A stretch of DNA of 63,921 nucleotides, filler included, from Sluysia triapertura (taxonomy: Eukaryota), in NCBI GenBank assembly GCA_046118255.1. It is 5 parts of 5 records of this genome, joined end to end, with 100 filler letters (N's around TTAATTAATTAA, not from the genome) between each part and the next. Parts side by side here need not be neighbours in the genome. Positions count along the whole stretch, not along the records: positions 53,283 to 63,921 come from JBJNIA010191407.1; 4 more parts are not named here. One strand, 5' to 3'. The notes beneath the pieces are model-generated. The model had not been told where the DNA came from, made no database searches, and worked only from the letters and a program-made list of their open reading frames with translations. The translations under genes were made by a program, and so were the position numbers. How positions within the stretch are numbered: the stretch's first letter is position 1; each line of letters begins with the position of its first letter. Positions 53,723 to 63,921 of this stretch are shown here, in pieces.

Positions 53723-54419
53723 AAGGGTGTCCCAAAAGTAAGCGAACCTCAAACTTAAATAAAAATTAGACATCAAAAACGACAAATTTAATAAGGTATA
53801 TTTAGTATTTACCAATATTCAAAATGTCCACCTTGAACTTCAATACAAGTATACTTTCTGGAAAGTTTCCTCTGACATTTGGTCCCATTCGTGCTGAATA
53901 CTTTGTTTTATTTGATCAGTTGTCCTAAGCTTTTTAGCATAAACGGCGTTTTTTAGAACTCCCCATAGGAAAATATCTGGCAGGCCATTCGATTGGTCTT
54001 CAGCGTCCAGTCCAACGTCCAGGAAACGATTCATCAGGGCATTGGTGTAGTGCGCAGATGCACAGATCCCCGAAATGGAGGAACTCATTAACACTAGGAA
54101 ACACTTCCGCATATCAAGGTAATATTCCTTCAAATTTGGATACAAGATTGAACATTGTCAACTTACTTGGTACATCTTTCTTCAACATGCTTCTAGCTAG
54201 TCCTTGGACAGTAATTCTTAATAATGAACATACGTTCGTTTAAATCTAAAGTCTTTCGCGGCATTTATAAGAATGAGTTTCCAGAAGCAATGACGTCAAA
54301 ACAAAAACAAGTCATTCCAAAGACTACTATTCGCAGAAGGAAATGAATAGTAGCGAAGGCAACATAAAATGACACATCTAATTTTTATTTAAGTTTGAGG
54401 TTACTTTTGGTACACCCTA
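53723..54419 (-). mobile_element. Internally deleted Tc1/mariner-superfamily transposon
   Basis: ~45-bp TIRs (agggtgt.ccaaaagtaa..cctcaaacttaaataaaaattaga) in TA context. Transposase tail DIFLWGVLKNAVY..TTDQIKQSI..EW. Confidence 0.88.
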
Positions 54420-54560
54420 TATTTATTAACGCAAATTTATACAAAAACCAATGCCAATTTAATAAAAAACTTTTTTTGTTTCAATGTTATCCAAGAAATC
54501 TTACTCAAAATTATTATTAGTATTTCATTTCTAAAATTTTCAACTTTTATATAATAATAA

Positions 54561-54784
54561 TGTAACATAATATTTCATTTAAAATAAAAAATTGTTTTTA
54601 AATTTTAAAATAAAATCAAAATTGATTGTACAATTATTATTTAATAATATAATAATAGTAATAATGATATCCATTGCCTTCCATACTATTTAATATAATT
54701 TAATAATTTAATTTTGAAAATGATTCTGATTTTACTTTAAAATTTAAAAACAATTTTTTATTTTAAATGAAATATTATGTTACA
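54561..54784. mobile_element. MITE-like foldback with ~60-bp TIRs
   Basis: tgtaacataatatttcatttaaaataaaaattgtttttaaattttaaa... is mirrored at 54725-54784. Confidence 0.75.
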
Positions 54785-55362
54785 ATAATAATGATGATGA
54801 TGTAGCACATTTTTTCAGAAAAATTAAAAAAGTATATAAAAAACTCAACCCTTCCTTTTCGTTTTGAAAGTTCTCAATATTTATTAAGTAAATTCATTTA
54901 TAAATTCAATTATAAATGCCATGATATCTTACGATATAAAAGTTAATACAAAACACACACACACACACAATATTATTTTTGACATTTTCATTGAAATATA
55001 GTTTGTTATGAATCATCTAGCGTAAATATGATTAGATAATTATGTACAAGGAAAAAACAAAATTTATATAACAATTTCACAATTTTCATTCGAAAATATA
55101 ATAATTGATTGATTGTTTGAAAACAATTTATTTATTTTTAAATGGAAATTGATAATCTATCAAATTTTCAACAATTTCCAGAATTCATCCAGAAATATTC
55201 GTCAAGAAAATATTACACATTCAAAAGGAATAAAATATCGCTTACTCTCACTTCAAAAAGTATTCATTAAGAAGAAGAACCTAAGTTGCCTGAATGATGT
55301 ACACAATCTGTTTTGTTTTATAAGAAATGTTTAATAATAAATAAAAGTTATAATATACTCTA

Positions 55363-55664
55363 TTAAATCCACGAAATATTTCTAGCATTTCCGGAATTAG
55401 TGAGTGTGGAACGATGAACATGTAAATTTAACCATCTACCACCAGGTCTGCGTTGCCATAGTCGGGTTTCTTCAAATTGTTCTGTCATACATTTTGTTGT
55501 TGTAGCAACTGAACCGCTTCCACCCGATACTGTAGTTCCGCTGGAGGATTTGTCATGAAACTGAATCAATCTTACATAAGCTATACAAGCATTATCATCG
55601 CCTAACATATGAACGGTTGGATTTAATATACTAGTATGGGAACTTTTAGAACACTTAGAAATAG
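55363..55664 (-). CDS. CAMK2: CaMKII, terminal exon (association/hub domain)
   Basis: [34 protein letters not shown]...[22 protein letters not shown]; acceptor attcag at 55665-55670. Confidence 0.93.
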
Positions 55665-56899
55665 CTGAATAACAAAAAAGTAAAATTATATTACTTGATT
55701 ATATTTGATCAATTATTCAATAAATGCGTTTCTATCAATAATTTTGTTAGCTACTTTGATTTTCAAATTTTTATTATTAACACAATCTATGCGAGCTATT
55801 TTAACTCCCCCTCAAATCCAAGCTGATATTTGGACATTTGCGCAAAACATAAATATTTCAGTTTTTTTATTTCATCTTTATGTTAAAGTATGCTGACTAG
55901 ATCCTAATTTGACCGAATTACAATTTGAAATTTTAAAAGAATCAGACCTGTCGTTACTAAGATTAGATTATACTAAATTACAGCACAAATTTAGTGACTA
56001 TATCGAGTTCTCATACTTATTCAAGTACGTTTTTGTATATAGTTTTGATCCTTTTTCTTAAAATTTGTCTTTGATTAATATATTGTAGTTTTAAAAGAAA
56101 TTAAATCGTTGATTAAATTTGTTAATTTAACAATTAAAGTGTTAATTGCTATTTTTTCAAAATTTATTCATATTTTTTTAAATTTTAAATGCACTAAACC
56201 GAAAATTCTCTCATAACTATTTTGATAATGATATAAATAAGATCAAGCCATCACTAAGATAACAATTATCTCATACTCAACCAACTAATATGTCATGCTT
56301 TGATTCATTAATTAGTACGATTTATAAATATATTAACATTTCTGAACATTTTTTTCTCAATCAGATGCAATTTATAATTTAATATTGAAAATAATGACTA
56401 ACTTATTTACCAAAGATGTACAATTATTCGAATAGACATTTTATTAATATACCTGTTTATTCATCTACTACGTGTAAAGGTATTTATTTGCCTTGTTTAC
56501 GTTATATTTTTGTTCACTAAAAAATTATTTGTTATAAATTTAATTTTGGAAATCGAATTAATTTTATTCATTATAGTTAAAGGTCTTAAGCCTAAGTTAA
56601 ACGTTTTAAAAGTAATTTTTAAGTTAGTTACAAAATAGTAAATCTTTATATCGTTAAAAATTGCAATCATTGAAATTGTTAATATATTTAAGCTAATTTT
56701 TAATGTAAATTACATAACCCCCTCGACAGTCACCAACATTCTACTCATTGGATAAGAATGAGTAGAATCACCGCTACCTTTAAGTCTAATTAAGTTAAGA
56801 AAAGGAATTAATTTTAAAACGGAGAATTATATTTCAAGAAGCGGTATGTATCAGATCTCAGTTATGTAAAAGGCATAGAACGAAATATTGTTTTCAATT

Positions 56900-57990
56900 A
56901 AAAGAACAATGATTTTAACTGAAATTGTTGACGCTAAAGCTCCCAACTACGAATTCCTATTAACAATGGATCATTTTGAACAAGCAGCGAAATATATGCT
57001 TTATAAAATATGAGGAAATTTTGCAGTAATTGGACAATTCTTTTCAGGTAGTATTGGAATTTACATTGTTATAAAAGCTATTATTATTGTACGTATTCAA
57101 GTATTATAAACCTACAATATATACCGACTAGCAAGTTGTACATGGAGATTCATCAATTCCTTCAATAGGCCACCATATTGTAAGTCACAAACAAACTCAG
57201 GTAATACAGAATTACATAATCCGAAACCTTCAGAAATTTTTGCAAATTATGATGAAAAAAGTGAGCTAAAATTAAAAGATGATACAAAATCCCTTTATTT
57301 AAATTAAGAACTTGAAAAAAATATAAGAAGCATTCAAAAAGAGGACTTGTCGAAATTGTTATTATTTAAAGAAACATAATAGACATTCACAATTAAATAT
57401 ACATTAAATAAATCAAGCAAGACAGCCAACGAAACAAAAAAGAAGATATGTAAATTATTGGAGGCACAGAAAGATATTGGTATAGGAGAAAAACTGTGAA
57501 GGTCAGAATAAGAATAGCAGAGATAATATTAGATTAAAATAATAATATTATTATTAGATTAATGTTATTATTACTTGATATTATTATTTGGTGAGGTCTT
57601 ACTTAAATACAACAGAAAAGATACAAATGTATTAAAGAGACAGAGTACTAGGCAGAGATTACAGTTTGTACTTAATAGACCATGGATACCCAATAAACTA
57701 ATTGGAAGAAAAGGGGAATTCTACTATGTCTTACAAGAAAAACGAATCATAGAATTGCCGAAAAATAGGAAACTCTAATGGATACAGGTGCAACACATTC
57801 CGTAATCAATCACCAAATTTTAGGTGAAGATATGAGAAACGGAATTATAAAATAACAGCAAATTCTAAAGAAGAAAATTATGTAACGGAATTCCTATAAC
57901 AGGAAACACCATAGAATTATAAGAAATATGAATATCCTGGAACAAATCCCAGAAATATTAATACAAAAGGAATTTGAGCTAAAACTAAAA
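56900..57990 (+). mobile_element. Decayed Gypsy gag-protease region
   Basis: Aspartic protease motif TLMDTGATHSVI (DTG at 57781-57789). Boundaries are approximate. Confidence 0.65.
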
Positions 57991-59749
57991 GACAAAAAAA
58001 TCTTAATATAGTGTACTTAAAATTTAAACATTATAGTCGTAAACGAAATCACAATCCTAATCAAACCCCAACACAAAATAACACATTCGTTATAAATAAG
58101 ATCTTAAACAAACCCCCACACAAAATATCAAATCATCAAACAATACCCATAAGAAACAAATGCAATTCTTATTTTGCTGTACACCTTAAAATCTCACAAT
58201 TACTAATCAAAACTTAACATTGTTATTTGATATTATTGTTATTAAAATTTGTTTTACTCATTATTGTTGTCTTGTCATTATTTGATTTTATGGTTTTATT
58301 TTTTTATAATTAAAAATCAAGTAAATTAAAATGATGAGCTATCCGGAAAATTGTTTAGCCTTTGGTAAACACTTAAATGTAAATTTTATGGTACTCACTG
58401 CGATTTTGTTAGTATTACTAGTATTATTATACTAGTTTATTACTATTACTATCATTATCATAATTATTATTTATTTTATTATTATTCAATATTATTATTA
58501 CATTATTGTTATTCTTGAAAATTTTATAATATTAAAATTAATATAATTAATATTTTAATTGTAAGTAATTTTTTACACTGAATTTTGTAGAAAGTATTAA
58601 GAAACATGATTCCTGATGAAAGTATCATGACTTATAGTTTCCGAACATTTGCCAGTTTTATTACGGATTAAATACTGAGGCTATATTTCAATAGTACATT
58701 ATGAGAAAAACCGCAGAATATATTTTATGATAAACATCTTAATTTTGCACAACAATAATTTTTACATTAGATAAAATTCTGATCAGAAAATTGGACTCAG
58801 TAACGCACTCAACATCGTGATAATTTTTAGTGGTATTGGTTGGCTTTTTATTGAGTTTAATGTCAGCAATTTGTTTAATAATATTTTGTTATTTGAATAT
58901 TTGAAGCACGCCTTAAAATATGTAGTTTGTTTTTCGTAATTAGTATTTTATTTGATTATACGTGTATCGTTTAAGTTCCCAGGCTTATATTCTTGTCTTA
59001 AGTATATGATAAAGGTGCACTTGATTTATTTTTTAAATACTCGTTTAATCAAGTATGTAATATGTAATCTATCATATAAGATTAGTAGGAATAACAAATT
59101 TTATTAAAGTTTACAATGCGAATAATTACTTGTTATTGTAACAATGTATTTAGTAAATCATTTAGTGACACTCATGACAATTCTTGGTTCCAGTTATGTT
59201 TCATATGTTAAAACAATTAAATGGAAACTGTAAGACTGCCTGGCATATATAAATGAATTCTATATTAAAATTTTAGGGTTCCAAACATTACGATTGTTTT
59301 GTTTTTATTGTTAGCTTTTTATATTTTATAATTGGTTAGGATTAATTCGTAGTTTACTAACACGGTGCATACACGCACAAAATTACATCTATAAAAGAAC
59401 ACTTGATAAGTTATTATTGAATTATTGTTCCAAGTTTTGTTTTCAATAATTTATTCTTGTTTTATTGTTTTCTTGTAATAATTAAACTAACATTTAAGTT
59501 AAATTTGATTTTAATCTGTTTGTACTGCCTTAAGTCAGCTTTAGAAATAATTATAATCTTTAAATTAAATTTGATTTCAATGTTTATGTACGACCTTAAG
59601 TCGATTTTAGAGATAACTATAAAAAGTTTAAATTAATGGTTATGAAAATAAGTATATAAGTAAAGTAATGAGTTTAACGATAAAATTGGCGTTTAAAACG
59701 ATAAATAAAAATAAATAAGGTAGAACAAGATTTAAAATTCCAATTTTTC

Positions 59750-60760
59750 TATAAACCCTCCACACTTAATGTTTCGCAAAAGAGAAGAACTTCATTGAAA
59801 GCATCAATAAACGTTGGAAAATTAGAAACAATCGCCTTTGTTTCAAACTTCGAAGAACCATTACATGAATACCCATTTCTCAAGCATGAACACCAAATCG
59901 CAAAACGAAAATATATCAATTACTTCATGATATAGGAGATTACGAAAGACATGTATACAGAGGAAGAGTTATCAAAGTAAAAATAAACGTAACCATGGAA
60001 AAGAATTTTGGGATTAGTATAGATATAGATTCATTAAAGTCATATGTGTAATCACGTGCAAGTATCCCTGAAGATGTAGATATGTATTATAGAGACTGAA
60101 TTATACTTATTGGAGTATGGTTTCCCGATAGACTTCCTAACTAGGAAAGTTGAAATCATTACGATAATAAGAAATAACGAAAACGACGGTCCATATAAAT
60201 CAAACTCTTTTAGTAATTGCTTTGAAATGTTGAGATAAAGTAAACAAAAGAGCAGGGGAGAGATAGATTATTACTTCCACGAACAAATGAATATTTCTAC
60301 ATGGCCCAAGATAAAGAGAAACATATAAATGCTTTCTTATCAACATTTGGATTTAATCGATACCGGTGCTATTCGTTTAATTATCAATGTTCAAATTCTA
60401 AATGAAAAAAATAATGCAAAAAGTAACACCACAATTTGGAGTTATAACATCCAGTAATCTGCGAGAAAATGACTTCTATAGAATGCCGTAATTTCATATC
60501 TGGATCTAATGACTTTAGAGACTTTGAAACTTCCAATTATCCCCATGTAAAAGGTGACTATGAGATCTTAAACAAAATTGAAACAGATCCATATGGTAAC
60601 AAACCTACGGTGAGTCAGCCCGTAGCTACGATTACACTATATCATTTACATATACATATACCCAAACCTCAACTTGAAATCATTTAAGGAACATCAATAT
60701 TTGGAATTATCACAAGTCAACCTCATAAAATACTAATTTTACGAACATTGTAATTGTATT
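59750..60760 (+). mobile_element. Decayed Gypsy pol/integrase-like remnant
   Basis: WPKIKRNI near 60302 resembles the integrase zinc-finger region; many stops. Confidence 0.3.
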
Positions 60761-61576
60761 TGTCAACATGTTGTCATTAGTATTGCAAGCCATGCCATGG
60801 TCACCTTGCTTTATTACTTTTTCCTATTCTATTTTATTATTATATCTGTTTTAATCTACTATTTGTTTTCTATGCCAACTTCCTAATGCAAGGGATTAAT
60901 ACAAGTAATAATTTCTTCTCTCAAAACTAACAATATAACATTTATCAAATGAATGTAAAAGCTTTAAATGAATGCCAGTTTAAAAGTAGGCTTGACGAAG
61001 TAATTATTCATTACAATTCGTGTAAACTGACAGCAAATCAAAAAGATGGTAAGGATAAACTTGTATCAGTGGATCGAACCAAAAAAAGGTAAATGAAAAT
61101 ATGAAAATATAACACTGTATTAAGAAAAATCAAGAAAGATAGATGATGAAGCTTTGAAGATTGAAAAAGGAAACGAACGATAATATGAAAATAAATAAAT
61201 AAATAAATTATAAATGGATTTTGAATAGCAGTTTTGAATATATTTTGAATAAATACCTTTTGATGATTTAAAACGTAACGATTTACTTAATGTTACTTTT
61301 TATTCTTGTGTTCATAGGATTTTTTAATCGATACAAAAAACTTTTGATATCTCTTAAAGTATTTTTTAAATTTTATAAAGGATATGTCAAACTATGTCAA
61401 AATTTGAAGTGTTAAATCATTACGATAATTTTGTCGAATGTTGTCGAGTGAATTTTAATCGATCTTTTACGTGCCACGATGAAATTTTCATATGTTGTGA
61501 AGTGCCCATTGAATGTTGTAAATAATGTTTAAAGTATATATCAAATGGAAGTTTATAAAGACACTAACTGAAATAT

Positions 61577-61745
61577 GTTATTGAACTTGACGTGCGACGT
61601 ACGCTTGACGCACAACGTATTATACAAAAGATTCCTATGAAAAATAAATTTATCATTTTATTCTTAATTTAAGTTAATAAATATCGATATAATAATGATA
61701 TTAAACTTTAATTTAATGATTTTGAAAAGATGAGGGGATTGTTGT
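61577..61745 (+). mobile_element. LTR retroelement 3' internal end, copy C
   Basis: ttgaacttgacgtgcgacgtacgcttgacgca, then gaaaagatgagggga-ttgt; homologous to 20685-20870. Confidence 0.55.
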
Positions 61746-63921
61746 TATTTATTAGGTTTGGGTAAAAATTTCTTCAAAAATTATAAAATTAAGAAGTAAC
61801 AATAAAAATCTAAGGTATATTAACTAAACAGGATATAAAAATCACAAAAAATATAAATAATTTTCGGAATCTTAATTGAAATTTCAATTAAATTTCAAAT
61901 AAATTTTACGTTTGGCAAGACATAAGAATTAACGGTATTCCAATACATGCACTTATTGATAATGCTGCTTCCGACTCAATAAGATTTTTTGAATAATTGC
62001 CGTTTATTCGATCAGCTGATCGATTGTATGGGTCATGGTTTGCCCTTACTCGACATAATTACAAATCAAATTAATATTTTGGATCGCAACTAGCAGTTAC
62101 ATTTCTAGTTATTAGGAGTTGCCCTACAGCTTATATCATTGAATTGCACGCAGTTCCAGCATTAAATAATGTAGTCGTCCATTTCATTATTGGCTTAGCA
62201 CCTGTATATCCCATGAATAACATCTGAAACTCAAAGAATAAACTGACATGATTTACATAAATATAGAGCATTTGAACATTACATTTTTTTATTTTAAATC
62301 TTATTATTATAACTTGTAAGCTTAATCTCGGTGCATGAATCCACTAAATTCAGCCTAGCAGTGTAGTCTGCACATCAACAGATATTATTAAAAAGTAAAA
62401 TAAAATTTATAAATAGATTAATACTTTATCGAACCTTATTTCTCAATCGCTAATAAAAAACAATTGTCTTGTCCTCTTTGTAGAAATTGTTCGAATGAGT
62501 AATTTGTTGTGAGTTTCTCTAATTATGATTATAAATGCATAGTGAATCTTCAATGTTGATACTACTAGATTTCCAAGATGCGCTTCATGCAGGACCCAGA
62601 TTAAAGGCTACACTTTGTCTTTTTAAATTCTTTTGAATTACACCATCAACTATATCTTTTTAAATTTCGAAACACCAATTGAATACACACCACCTGATAT
62701 TTCACCTGCTCTTTCTTCACAGCGCCAGCGTAAAAGAATTTACACATACGAAAAACTTTTATAAGTCGATAATAACCTCTTCTAAGAAAGTATAAAATCT
62801 CTCTATTCAATTCCTTAACTATGAATATTATATTTCTAGCATTTTCAGTTTTGGGACAAAGCTTTCCCGCCATTGGAGGAGATGTAATTGTAACTTTTCG
62901 TTTGAATAAAAGAATGAAATAAATATTTTAATTGAATGTCAGATTTATAAAGTATAATTTAAGTTTGATTTAAATGGTGAGCCACAATAAATTAAAGTTG
63001 AAATTATTTTAAGTGATGGAATAATAATGGTGGAAGAACTGAATTATATCGATGTATTTATGCATACTACTGAATAAATTAAATAAGTAATAAACTGGAT
63101 AAGAAATTTCACTTAAATAAGTATTAAACAGGATAAAATAGAATTTTGTATTCTACCAATAAATTAATATTTAATATGCTAATAATAATAAAATTATATA
63201 AATTTGTGTGCTGAATTGTCTAGAATTATATGTAACAAAATCGTATTATTTATGAAAATAATATAAAAGGACAATCGATTCATTCTTCACAATTTGCTAA
63301 TATCAAATTTAGTAAGATCGCAAAAGGATATGACACTAATTGGATTTAAAATTAAATTTGTGATAAATCAAGATGCCGCCAATATCTCCTAATATTAAAC
63401 TGTTACTGAACTATGATAATTAATTTTGAATTAAGTGAGTATAACATTAAAAAAATAAAATCCATTTTTTGTTTATAAAATTCGGATTTGTATTTCTTTT
63501 CCAAAAGTGATAAACGTAATTGCGTGAATTTCGTTTCATAATATATTTATTCAATAAAGTCTGTTACTGCGTATAATTACAAGAGAAATAAGATTGTATG
63601 AATTTAAATTTACAAAAAATCATAAATTTGATTTCCATTTGCGAGAACAAAGACGAATATTGAACTAACACGTTTTAAGTTAATTAAAGTAACACATTTA
63701 CTCAAAGGTAATAAACAGAAATTAAATTTACGTTGAGAATTAATGGATTTTAAGAGCTCAGTCAGTAAATAGAAAATAAGTTTCGAAGTACTTTACAAAA
63801 TAACTTTAACATTTATAATAATAGAGAATGATTAAATAAATATGAATAAAGTGATAAGTTTTGACGAAGTAATGTCAAAAACCGATCAGAATAAAGATGT
63901 GAATCTAAAATAAACAACATA

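Noticed and set aside
61900-62880. Upstream CaMKII exons or another cassette
   Set aside because: No CaMKII motifs or hairpin module found; only interrupted, unidentifiable frames.

Overview
Very AT-rich eukaryotic DNA with long introns and many (ATT)n tracts. It looks like a flatworm/planarian genome, but that is inference. The window is not contiguous: four identical 100-bp spacers (N44-TTAATTAATTAA-N44) join five separate contigs (1-12311, 12412-26490, 26591-40076, 40177-53182, 53283-63921). Recognisable host genes, all partial: the last two exons of a PP2A B56 regulatory subunit, two exons of a VPS13B homolog across a ~10.5-kb intron, and the last exon of a CaMKII (hub domain with an unusual insertion). 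The rest is mostly transposon debris: Gypsy gag/protease/RNase H/integrase remnants, Tc1, mariner-like, pogo/Tigger and hAT elements, and MITEs. The most striking observation is a cassette seen four times on two contigs. An inverted repeat with a CATC/GATG core is followed by a second inverted repeat carrying inverted CCAAT boxes, then a 1-2 kb ORF of an unrecognised, highly diverged family; three copies are also preceded by a (TAT)n tract. The hairpin arms differ between copies but stay self-complementary. The ORFs share short motifs, one is fused to a captured GSK3-like kinase N-lobe, and all lie among decayed Gypsy pol. All alignments were done by eye.
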